Shown here piece by piece: positions 44,040 through 53,759 of a stretch of DNA of 64,000 nt. The translations under genes were made by a program, and so were the position numbers. How positions within the stretch are numbered: position 1 is the first letter of the stretch; the number at the start of each line of letters is the position of its first letter. The stretch is from a virus (Duplodnaviria; Caudoviricetes). The stretch spans positions 2,403 to 66,402 of the IMG/VR virus record IMGVR_UViG_3300031998_000074. The stretch is one strand, 5' to 3'. The notes beneath the pieces are model-generated. The model did not search any database. It worked only from the letters and a program-made list of their open reading frames with translations, and was not told the DNA's origin.

Positions 44040-45934
44040 TCGTAAGCCTCCTCAACTCTAGTTACAAGATTCGTTTCCGGATCGTATGTAAATGTATTAT
44101 ACCTATGTACGCCACCACCTAAATAGTAATCAATGCGTGTCAGGTTGCCTTGATCAAACATGTTCAACGGCTTCTCATAAGTAAAGTCTATGTAACCGTT
44201 ACGATCACCAGTGTAAATCATAATCTGGATATTTGGATAGGCATATACAATGTTTAATTGATCCACGAACCCAAGTTCATCTGCGGCTGAGTTCGCTGTG
44301 GTGTCTTGAGCATCCGGACTCATCAAACAAATTGACGTCGCAGCTGATATAGCTAAGTAACCGTCTGGTGTTAAATATGGATACGCCTTTATATAATACT
44401 GACCTGTTACATCATCTTGTACTGTAGCTGCTGCAATTATTTCTTCTACAATTTGGTTTGGATCATTAGTTGTAAAGGTTAATGTTACCGGAGCAGTCAT
44501 ATCACCGTCAATCACCATTGTTAAACGTTTACCGCTTACGTTAAAACTACCATAATTATGTGTTCCAACGATCCTGGCGTTGTGTAAGTAACAATTATCA
44601 TTTACAAGTGGTGCAAATTGTGTTATTGAGAATATTTCGTCCGGGCGAATGATCTTGGTTGACATGTTAAAGAAACGTCTTTGATCTTTGAATGTACCCG
44701 GTATAATACCCCAGTTAGATAATTGCCCGGCTTCTGTACTATATGTAACCACACCCCATTTTAATGAACAAATCGGGAGCTTTGAAGGATCCTTCATGAT
44801 TGCAGTAAAGTTAGAATCTTTCTCAGAAGAAACCGGACCCAGTACCTGTATTGAAATTGCATTGGCATCTACATAATATAAATAATAGCCTGCATAAGAA
44901 TCTGAGTTACGCCCTTCAAATGAATATGTATATTCGTTTGAAAATGAAGCTGGAAAGAAAGAAGTTCCGCCAATAACACAGCACTCATTGTATTTTAAAC
45001 TTAACGGCGCAATATAAACAGTTGCGCGGTCAGTGGCACTTTCATCTAGGTAATAAGGATAAAATGCTGATTTGGTTGAATTTAAACTGTCCGTGCGTAT
45101 GCCGTTTACGTGTAATAATTTTTGGTGATTACCTGTTGCACCAATATCAATACCTAGGTCTTCTGCACTTAAACCATGAATATTGGTTGAAGTCACTGTA
45201 CCGGACCCTATTGCATTAATATGATCTTCAAAGGATTGTGTTTCTCCGTAGTTGGATGCCGTAATATTAGTAACAACGCCCGCCACGCTTTCTGCAGCAA
45301 CGTATGCGCGTTCTCTGACTGATTCATCTGGAGTTATATTTCCCCATCTATCAATTGTAATTTTAGCAAGTATAATATCACCGTCAATAACAGGTAGAAC
45401 ATCAACATCATCCGCGTCTTCTCTATCATCATTTATTTGTGTTTCAGTAAGTCTTAGATAGAACTCATACCCGGGGGTCATATAAGGATAACCGCGTTCT
45501 TTTGTTATAACGTTAACTACCGGTATACTCGTGTCCGGACTCTCTTTATATCTAACAACAACATAGTAGACACGGTTACGTCTAAAATTAGTTGTGCTTA
45601 AGTCTGTAAGCAATGCGTTTTTGGTAAAGTCCGGGCGGAGTCCGGTAATAGAGGGCTGGTTTGCCGTAATAGCATGTGGGATCACAATGCGGTTACCATA
45701 TTTATCGTATGCTGTAAAATAGTAAATACCTAAAGTATCCGTGGAGCCTGTATATATAATTTTTTCAGATGATATTTTATCCAGCACGCCCGGGTGAGTA
45801 AGATCCGTTAAAATATTACGAATACCCTCACCTAAGAACGATTGTATATCATTTAATTCTGTGCCATCAAGTACAAAACCACTTTTAAATTCAATATGCT
45901 TCATCTTATTCTCCACGTAAATCTGTATAGCCAA
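44036..45934 (-). CDS. baseplate/tail protein, paralogue of 45906..48272
   Basis: shared DH-IGSGT-T--N-HGLS motif. Confidence 0.55.
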   Translation of the reverse strand: MAIQIYVENKMKHIEFKSGFVLDGTELNDIQSFLGEGIRNILTDLTHPGVLDKISSEKIIYTGSTDTLGIYYFTAYDKYGNRIVIPHAITANQPSITGLRPDFTKNALLTDLSTTNFRRNRVYYVVVRYKESPDTSIPVVNVITKERGYPYMTPGYEFYLRLTETQINDDREDADDVDVLPVIDGDIILAKITIDRWGNITPDESVRERAYVAAESVAGVVTNITASNYGETQSFEDHINAIGSGTVTSTNIHGLSAEDLGIDIGATGNHQKLLHVNGIRTDSLNSTKSAFYPYYLDESATDRATVYIAPLSLKYNECCVIGGTSFFPASFSNEYTYSFEGRNSDSYAGYYLYYVDANAISIQVLGPVSSEKDSNFTAIMKDPSKLPICSLKWGVVTYSTEAGQLSNWGIIPGTFKDQRRFFNMSTKIIRPDEIFSITQFAPLVNDNCYLHNARIVGTHNYGSFNVSGKRLTMVIDGDMTAPVTLTFTTNDPNQIVEEIIAAATVQDDVTGQYYIKAYPYLTPDGYLAISAATSICLMSPDAQDTTANSAADELGFVDQLNIVYAYPNIQIMIYTGDRNGYIDFTYEKPLNMFDQGNLTRIDYYLGGGVHRYNTFTYDPETNLVTRVEEAYE

Positions 45935-48272
45935 TGCAGCTTATTACTTCACCAACACCATTCATCCTAGTTGCAACAAAGTCGGTCCCGGACTTAACAA
46001 CGTCAACGTGATCTGTGACGTTTCTTAATACCGATTGAGCCGGACCTGCTTGGACCAATGTTGTAGTGCCTGTAGAAACACTAGCTGCTCCTGTTGTTAA
46101 TTTCAACATACCGACGTTATATAAAACTGAATCATCTGCGTTAAGGTTCTTATCAATATATAGTGTTCCGTTATTTAATAAAATATCTACTAAACCACTA
46201 CCACTGACATAATACACGGTGCGAGTTTCCATTGAAGAGTGTAGCCCAAATGTTGACCTTAAGTCACGATATGTGAAATGCCCGATTACCGGGATACCAG
46301 CAGGTATGACCGTGCGTGCCGCATAAGTAGCAGCACCAAATTCTAAGTTATAATTTGGCATTATAACTTTTAACGTTGAACCTGTAGGTATGGTTGTAAA
46401 TTGTGTTAATACAACGTTATCTGTTGAATTCTTCACTGTATAGAAAGAACCAACACGTCTTACAAATGTATAACCTTGTATGGCTGTTGTAGATGTACCT
46501 AATAAAATGTTATACCCGGATGGGTCTGTATCAAAAGCAACATCTACCGCGCCATCGCTACCACGGCCTATTACAAAAATATGGTAATCACGATATGCCA
46601 TATTTTCCGGTAAAATATCTGGAACTAATCCACCTGTAGTGGCTGCAGAGAAACCACCCGGCAACCAAGGTGACGTAAATGTTTTTGTTATTGCAGTGTT
46701 TAGTTTTAAGTCCATGCTATTTGATGCATCACGGCATGCACCCGGACCAATAAGGAGTCTGGTATCATCTAACCTTGTAATCTTAAACCCGGACATATAC
46801 CCCATTGGTAATACGGATGATCCATCTAATACAACACCACTCGCCAATGTAAGTGTTTTTACTTTAACTAGATATTTGCTGTAATCAAGCATATCTTCTG
46901 TTCTGGCTACACCACCATATACTTCATTTGTTGTATATTTGCTTGTTTGTAAATTATCTGCAGTTACAGAACCAAAGAGTCTTAAGTCAACTTTGGTAAG
47001 GAAGTTTGACTCAACATCTGCCTGGATTGTTGTAGCTTCTTTAATTTGACGGAATTCAAACTTGGCAAGATTAAAGTAATTTTGAAGATTGTAATCTTCT
47101 ATACTCATGGTCGTTATTTGACCTACTTCTTCTCCACGTGCATCATCTGTATTAAGTGTATAAACAGTTATAATTTGTGATGTGCTAGTGCCGTTAACGG
47201 TTGGGATAAAACCACCAACTAATGTTTTATTTACAACATCAACACCGATAATATATGTACCGTCTGCAAGAGCCGTGCCTGTCCCGTAAGACCCGGACCT
47301 AAACACAAGCTCGAATTTTGTGTATGTGTTTGCTGCCGGTTCTTTATAAATATAGTTTGCATGATTACCACGATGTTGAACGAATTCACCTTCTGTAAAG
47401 TTATAAATGATTAATGAGTCGGTTTCGCCGTTTAATGTTCTGTGGTTTAATTGAATAAACAACGCTGATTCTGTGCTGGACCTATCTGCAATAATACCAG
47501 AACTATGCAATGTGCGTTCGTGATCATGGACTGAAGAAGCGTCTGCACCAAAGTCTGATAAACTCAAGCCATGTGGGTTCTTTTCAGTTGGTGTACCTGA
47601 CCCGATACACATAACGTGATCTTGTAAAGTTGTAGGATTATATGTAGGTGCATAATAGGTTGTCTTTGTTGTAGTAGGTGTAGTTTTAATTTTGCTACCT
47701 TCGATTGTTGAAACATCCATGTTACCTACTGTATAAATTTGTAAAGCTTGCCCATCATAAAATACTTGTGCAATTTTAACAAGGTAAGGTTCACCTTCAG
47801 CATTAACAACTGGGTCTTCAGAACGTAATGCGTAAAATTCAAAGCCCGGGTTTATTCTAGTAGGATAAAATTCACCGCTGGTAATATGTGCTCTTGGTGA
47901 CCCGTAAGCTTCGATATAGTTTACATAAATATCATAATAAATATTAGGTGTCCAGCCAAAATATTCGTCTGGAATCTCACCTTGTTGGGACAATCTGTGT
48001 TCGGTTTCTTGGTTGCGGATGTCTAAAGCTAGGGACTTAATTGTTTTGTATACTTTAACTCTTTCACCCGCAGGAGTCAATGCCGTAAACGGCTGAATGT
48101 TAATAGTATTTTTTAAACCATTTACCACATAAACATCTGACGTCTTTCCCAAAATACCTTTTGAGAAGAAGTCTAGGGCGCGTTCTTTAATTTGTTTAGA
48201 TAGAACGTCCTGTACATTATTTAAGTCATCTGACTCTACTGTTATACCGCTGAAAAAATATGTCCCTTCCAT
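45906..48272 (-). CDS. baseplate/tail-fibre protein
   Basis: paralogous N-terminus; C-terminal fibre-like domain (GACRD...RRVGSF). Confidence 0.55.
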   Translation of the reverse strand: MEGTYFFSGITVESDDLNNVQDVLSKQIKERALDFFSKGILGKTSDVYVVNGLKNTINIQPFTALTPAGERVKVYKTIKSLALDIRNQETEHRLSQQGEIPDEYFGWTPNIYYDIYVNYIEAYGSPRAHITSGEFYPTRINPGFEFYALRSEDPVVNAEGEPYLVKIAQVFYDGQALQIYTVGNMDVSTIEGSKIKTTPTTTKTTYYAPTYNPTTLQDHVMCIGSGTPTEKNPHGLSLSDFGADASSVHDHERTLHSSGIIADRSSTESALFIQLNHRTLNGETDSLIIYNFTEGEFVQHRGNHANYIYKEPAANTYTKFELVFRSGSYGTGTALADGTYIIGVDVVNKTLVGGFIPTVNGTSTSQIITVYTLNTDDARGEEVGQITTMSIEDYNLQNYFNLAKFEFRQIKEATTIQADVESNFLTKVDLRLFGSVTADNLQTSKYTTNEVYGGVARTEDMLDYSKYLVKVKTLTLASGVVLDGSSVLPMGYMSGFKITRLDDTRLLIGPGACRDASNSMDLKLNTAITKTFTSPWLPGGFSAATTGGLVPDILPENMAYRDYHIFVIGRGSDGAVDVAFDTDPSGYNILLGTSTTAIQGYTFVRRVGSFYTVKNSTDNVVLTQFTTIPTGSTLKVIMPNYNLEFGAATYAARTVIPAGIPVIGHFTYRDLRSTFGLHSSMETRTVYYVSGSGLVDILLNNGTLYIDKNLNADDSVLYNVGMLKLTTGAASVSTGTTTLVQAGPAQSVLRNVTDHVDVVKSGTDFVATRMNGVGEVISCIGYTDLRGE

Positions 48273-48274
48273 GA

Positions 48275-51200
48275 TTAATCCTTATTTATAAATACACATA
48301 AGTCCCAATGATCCGCTGTTATTGGCTGATATGTGTTAGTTGTTTTATTTAATACTTGTAAATTTGAATACCTTACGAGAACATCTGTTGAGTTATCTAC
48401 CACATCAAAATATGAAACCTCATTATCTATGGTGGTAGCCGATGTTAAGAACGTATAAGACGTGCCGTCTATAATAACTGTACTTGTACTCGGAGTCAGG
48501 GTTGAGTTCTCGAATCTGCCGGGTGATAATGCTACATAATCGCCATGCGCATATCCTAATTCCGGAACTATACATTTTAAGTAACAATCCGTTGTTACAT
48601 CAAACCCAAAATTATGGTGTATAGTTTCACTTTGACTGGTCAAACCTGTGATTGGAGAATGTACAGTGTATTCATTACCATATCTGTATGAAATCAGGTC
48701 CGATAAAATTGCATCCTCAAAAGTTGCACCGGATGTGACCCTATTAAGTGTAACCTTACCTAACAAGATGCAGTCTGTAGGCTCCCAATCATATATACCG
48801 GTATCACTTCCAATTTCTTTACAAATGTGTACTTTGTCAATGCTTACTCCAAGATTAAACCAGAGAGCACCTTCGTTCAAAGCGTTGGCTGTCGGAGCAT
48901 AGCTTTGTACATAAACTAAGTTTTCAGGAACGCCTACAACAACTTCTGACATATATTCTTTGTAAAGAACTAAAGTAGTTGTTGCACCTAAGTCCAGAAG
49001 TTCAACTTCGTTTAAAGCCTCATACACATCTGGAGATGTTTGAACATACTTCTGTTGGTATGCGGAGTATGTTAATTGTTTATTTAAAATCTCCAGGTTC
49101 TTAGAAGGGTACGCCATAGAAAAGGCAGGAACCTTGCTTATCTTTTTGAAAAATTTAATGTTTGCTATTTCCCATGTGGTACGATCTGTATATGTTGTAA
49201 CACTAGTTTCCGGGTCCGTTAAAGATCCTTGAAATACATCGTATCCGGCAGCTGCTTGTTCTGGTGTGTATTCCTGATGTGGGAAATAGGTAGCAACCAC
49301 ACGCATATGTAGTTGATTGGCACCTTCTAACAGTGTTACTAGATCTGAATTTTTGTACACTTGCGCGTTTTCGTTTTCAATTCTGTTCCATAATGCAAAC
49401 GGAACTGTAATCTTTTTGTAATTATCCTCATCTAATTCTATGTCGGCTAAGTTACCATAATCATAAGAAATATTGAAAATAGGATCAACTACTGTTTCAG
49501 CTGTGCAGCTCCCACAGGTAATTGTATTTGTACCATCTGATGCTGTAAATTTGTAGTTACTTGCACTAACATCAATATAATCAGTAACGACATATCCGGA
49601 ATCATTAATAAGGTATGGATCCGTATATAATGTATACTCGTCCGGATCTAGAGATTCAGAATATCTTTGGGGAGTCGCACTTTCTGTATAATAATAAAGT
49701 CCGGTTTCAACCGCGGTCCATCTGTATCTTATTACAGTGTGACTGTCATCAAATTCAGAGGATTCATCTACAACATCGTACCAGTCTGTACCATTTAAAG
49801 AGGTCTGAAGTTTTATTTCTGCAGGAGTTGTATCTTCTCTTGTATGCTTAAGTTTTAATAAACCTGGGTAAAATTCTGATGCATTTCCAACTGTCGTCGA
49901 TTCCTTTAATGTAACTTGGTAATAACTTGGTGTATATCCGGACTCAAGTACATAGGGTGTTCCAATTGGATTTACACCATCATTCACAACACGTTCAACC
50001 CTATTACCGGTAACATCATAAACACGTTTACACCCGTCAATTGCAAAACCTCCGGCAGGTGCACCAGTAACAACAGGTTTTGTACAAGACCAGTATAATG
50101 TTGAGCATCTTGGGTTTTCTGTATCTGTATCTGGCTCAACATTTTGTACGTTAGCTACAGCATTAATTGCTGTATCACTACCTTCGGACACATCTACCTT
50201 TGAGGGCTCAGCCGGAGTTACGTTTGAATATGAGTAGTTACCGTTTGGTTCTGTATCTGTTATAATTTCAAAGCAGTGTGTATTAAATTGATGTAACGCA
50301 TCTGCATTTCCTTCAGAATCAATTTTGCCACCAAGCAATACGTTTTCTTGAGAGCTTTGTACTTTCAAGTCCACGTACGTCTTTATGGCTTGCTCTGTTA
50401 ATAAGGTGGATTCAGAATTACCTGCTAATGAAGCGTCATTAGATATATTATTTACAGTTACCCCCGATGTTAAGGACAATTGTGATTGCGCTGTATTAAT
50501 AAGAAGAAATTGCCCATCTAAATAGCGCACAAGGGCAATTGATTTTGTGTTTAATGTACCTGGTGCTAAAGAAGAACCATCAAGATTATAAACTATTACG
50601 TTCTCTAATTCGCCTACCCTTATCCTGGGATCCGTTGCAATATTTGTGGCACTAGGTAAAAATGCTAACATTGTGCCATTTGTATAAGAACTAATAGGAG
50701 GGATGGAACCAAAGGCAGTTAATTGATAGGCATTTTCTGATGCAATATATGCGTTGTCGTAAAATGCATTACCAATAAACTGGGACACGGCCCGGGTAAG
50801 TGAAGTATAATCTGTTGATGTATATGCAATACCGGCTGCGGTAACAAGGTTACGTACCTGAGTTAATAATGTGTCCATAAGAGCTGTATCACTCTCACCG
50901 TTGGCTGCAGAGGAACTGGTAATGTTCCAGTGATCTTCTGTTCCTAATGCTGAATCCCCTTTAACAAAAACCATATCGTATAATACACCCGGGTATAATA
51001 CATTAGGTTGTATTTCTTGGTTATCTTTTAATACTGGATAAGTATATGTGTCCAGCATTGTACTAAATCTAACCTTAGGTGTACCTGTGTTTGTTACACT
51101 AGGCGTGAAAGTTACACGCATTCCAGGTACCACGGTAGCAGGTTCTGCATAACCATTATAGTAAGGAACAAGAGTGTAGGAGGTTGTAGGCTCTTGTTCA

Positions 51201-51427
51201 ACAGACTTAAACATAAAGGCAGTACCAATAAGCTGTGTTATTGCCTTGAATAATTGATCCGTAGCCGATGCAAGATAAACTTGCCCAGTCGCCTCAATAA
51301 TTTCCTGTATTGATGTGTTACCACTGCCGTTCAAAAGTTGCTGAAAATTGTAATTAAGTTTTTCAGCATCAGTTGGATACTTATACAGTGGGTTCGAGTT
51401 CTTTAATTTAATTAAGTCTGCTGCCAT
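48275..51427 (-). CDS. large tail-fibre/structural protein
   Basis: internal duplication (GMRVTFTPSVTN / GTMLAFLPSATN) typical of fibre N-termini. Confidence 0.6.
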   Translation of the reverse strand: MAADLIKLKNSNPLYKYPTDAEKLNYNFQQLLNGSGNTSIQEIIEATGQVYLASATDQLFKAITQLIGTAFMFKSVEQEPTTSYTLVPYYNGYAEPATVVPGMRVTFTPSVTNTGTPKVRFSTMLDTYTYPVLKDNQEIQPNVLYPGVLYDMVFVKGDSALGTEDHWNITSSSAANGESDTALMDTLLTQVRNLVTAAGIAYTSTDYTSLTRAVSQFIGNAFYDNAYIASENAYQLTAFGSIPPISSYTNGTMLAFLPSATNIATDPRIRVGELENVIVYNLDGSSLAPGTLNTKSIALVRYLDGQFLLINTAQSQLSLTSGVTVNNISNDASLAGNSESTLLTEQAIKTYVDLKVQSSQENVLLGGKIDSEGNADALHQFNTHCFEIITDTEPNGNYSYSNVTPAEPSKVDVSEGSDTAINAVANVQNVEPDTDTENPRCSTLYWSCTKPVVTGAPAGGFAIDGCKRVYDVTGNRVERVVNDGVNPIGTPYVLESGYTPSYYQVTLKESTTVGNASEFYPGLLKLKHTREDTTPAEIKLQTSLNGTDWYDVVDESSEFDDSHTVIRYRWTAVETGLYYYTESATPQRYSESLDPDEYTLYTDPYLINDSGYVVTDYIDVSASNYKFTASDGTNTITCGSCTAETVVDPIFNISYDYGNLADIELDEDNYKKITVPFALWNRIENENAQVYKNSDLVTLLEGANQLHMRVVATYFPHQEYTPEQAAAGYDVFQGSLTDPETSVTTYTDRTTWEIANIKFFKKISKVPAFSMAYPSKNLEILNKQLTYSAYQQKYVQTSPDVYEALNEVELLDLGATTTLVLYKEYMSEVVVGVPENLVYVQSYAPTANALNEGALWFNLGVSIDKVHICKEIGSDTGIYDWEPTDCILLGKVTLNRVTSGATFEDAILSDLISYRYGNEYTVHSPITGLTSQSETIHHNFGFDVTTDCYLKCIVPELGYAHGDYVALSPGRFENSTLTPSTSTVIIDGTSYTFLTSATTIDNEVSYFDVVDNSTDVLVRYSNLQVLNKTTNTYQPITADHWDLCVFINKD

Positions 51428-51435
51428 TTCAACTC

Positions 51436-53757
51436 CTACTTGTTAAAAACTGACCTTAAATAGTTTGCATAACCATATGTGTATCGTTCTTCAATTAATA
51501 CACCGTCTTTATCATAAAAATTCAAAACTACTTTTGTATATGCAGGTTTATACATGTCAATAACTTTCTTTATAACTTCTCTATTATATTGTGTATCATA
51601 CCTGTCATAAACGTCTATTTGCCACGTTGGCATGCGATCTTTTTGATCGTACAAAATAATTGGGTTGGCCACGATGCTAACATTCTCATCATCTGCCAAG
51701 TAATATAACTCAGATAACGGTTTCTGTAAAGAATCAGCATGGGAGTAAATAACGTTAAATATCTTGTCCTTGTACTCTGTAATACGTGGTGCACATCCGG
51801 TCAAGTCATATACCAAATTATAAATTGTTTTATACATTGTTTGGCCTTTCAAGTTCTCAACCATACACTGGAAAGCGTGTCTTTCCTCAGCTGTATTTCT
51901 GAATAATGACGTATCTAAATCGAAGACAGTTTCCCATCTCTTGTTACCTGTTACAATATCGGATTCAGATACACTTAAGTTTCTGCGCTGTTCAGTTACA
52001 TACTGCATAAAATTATCTTCGGCGTGAGCCTTTGCATTAATAATGTTTGCCGCCTCACCTGAGTCAAAATCGGTTGTATATACCTCACCATCATAAGGTA
52101 ATGTTTTCTGGAATACAGCTTCAAAAACAGGTTTACTTATATCGTATGGTAACAGGAACTTGGCTTGTTTATACAATATTTCAACTAACCAGTTATCAGT
52201 TGCTTTGTCGTAAGTATATCTAACTGTACTATATTTAGGAATATCCGGTAAACGTATCCCTTGTTCATATGGGAACCTATATACAAATAAAGGTATAGAC
52301 CCGGTATTTGTAATGGTATAATCTGCCCCGTCCGACGGATTTTCTGGGAGTACTACAATTTCATCATCTAACTGTAAAGACTTAACACGATATATTAAAT
52401 ATGAGTGCGCAAAATCGGACTTATACTGTTGTGATTTGAAACGTACTCTATAATAAAAGGAGTAGGATTGTCCGGGCTGGCGCTCCGGCATCTGTATTGT
52501 TGCTGCATAAACCAATCCTGTTAAATCGTATGTCCCACTATCTTTGGAGCCACAAATAAGTTCCACCGGATCCCATGGGTTTTTATCTTCTGGGATAGCA
52601 ACAAAGCTTTCCTTTGTATATGTTTTCTTATTTGGTGAATCAAACGTGTCAACATCATCTATTTCCAAAATGAAATCAACTGTATCTGGAGTGAAATACC
52701 TTACACATTTCTTTGACTCTTTTAAATGTTTAATATGTACTGGGTTAATCTTAGCCTGTCCAGACACATACCCAATATATTTACCAATACCTTCAGATAC
52801 GGAAGAAAGGGAATACTCACCAACATATTGTCTATCATAATAAAGAACACTGGTTCCGTCTTTTAATGTTAATGTATATGTATGTGTGTTTCCAATATCG
52901 GATCTTAGCACTATTGTAGTCGAACCAAAGATAAGTTGATTTCTTGATATAATCAAAGTTGCGCGGTTAACACCGTCATCTATGATCATTTCATACGAAG
53001 CGTCAACATCATAATTGTCCGGACCGGTAAAGGATACGAATGGTGATCCGCTACTTTCAATAAATTGATCATCTTGATCAAGATAGCCTAATACGCCATT
53101 CTGGTTTATAGCATGCACAGTTAAGACAGGCTCATCATTTTTCGTAATATAAACTGCTTGAACCTCACCGGACCAATTTGCAAGTGAGCTGTCTTCTGCT
53201 GTAAATAATTTTAACGGAGATGTTGCGGTTTCAAATTCACCAGGGTGTGTAAATAACATTTCATCATTAATAGAAACTTTAGGTCCGGAAACTGTAAAAG
53301 TATAAAGACCTGATTTTATAAAAACGTAAGTGCCCGTTGCTGTTTGTGTTCCGTATGTAAATATTATGTTATCTTCACCTGACCCGGCTACCGCAAAAAT
53401 GAATTGACCTAATGAATTGTCAACCGCGTTTCCAAAAAGAACTTGCGGAGTTTCATTTTCAATATCTATATATGCAGTGATTTTAATTGTATGATTTTCA
53501 GTTGGGATAATATCCGTTGTTATTTCTTGTGTACCATCACAAATCAACCCATAATCGGGAAATTTAGCAACGACCTCCATGGAGTTGCCAATTGAAGGAA
53601 CAGCTATATTATCTGTAAGAGATAGGTAGCATTTTTCATTAGCTACCGGTTGTAAAATGATAAATTCAGAATCGGCCGTAGGCATAACATACGGCTGAGG
53701 TGTGATATAATCAACACCTGTTACAATCCAATTGTTTAATTTATATAATGATCCCAT
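51436..53757 (-). CDS. baseplate-associated protein with lectin-like domains
   Basis: ConA-like segment (GLICDGTQEITTDIIP) and a C-terminal baseplate-wedge-like segment. Confidence 0.5.
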   Translation of the reverse strand: MGSLYKLNNWIVTGVDYITPQPYVMPTADSEFIILQPVANEKCYLSLTDNIAVPSIGNSMEVVAKFPDYGLICDGTQEITTDIIPTENHTIKITAYIDIENETPQVLFGNAVDNSLGQFIFAVAGSGEDNIIFTYGTQTATGTYVFIKSGLYTFTVSGPKVSINDEMLFTHPGEFETATSPLKLFTAEDSSLANWSGEVQAVYITKNDEPVLTVHAINQNGVLGYLDQDDQFIESSGSPFVSFTGPDNYDVDASYEMIIDDGVNRATLIISRNQLIFGSTTIVLRSDIGNTHTYTLTLKDGTSVLYYDRQYVGEYSLSSVSEGIGKYIGYVSGQAKINPVHIKHLKESKKCVRYFTPDTVDFILEIDDVDTFDSPNKKTYTKESFVAIPEDKNPWDPVELICGSKDSGTYDLTGLVYAATIQMPERQPGQSYSFYYRVRFKSQQYKSDFAHSYLIYRVKSLQLDDEIVVLPENPSDGADYTITNTGSIPLFVYRFPYEQGIRLPDIPKYSTVRYTYDKATDNWLVEILYKQAKFLLPYDISKPVFEAVFQKTLPYDGEVYTTDFDSGEAANIINAKAHAEDNFMQYVTEQRRNLSVSESDIVTGNKRWETVFDLDTSLFRNTAEERHAFQCMVENLKGQTMYKTIYNLVYDLTGCAPRITEYKDKIFNVIYSHADSLQKPLSELYYLADDENVSIVANPIILYDQKDRMPTWQIDVYDRYDTQYNREVIKKVIDMYKPAYTKVVLNFYDKDGVLIEERYTYGYANYLRSVFNK

Positions 53758-53759
53758 TT

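Noticed and set aside
52170-52181. partial reverse copy of the promoter motif (AAATATTGTATA)
   Set aside because: It is an incomplete match inside coding sequence (EILYK) and plausible by chance in AT-rich DNA.
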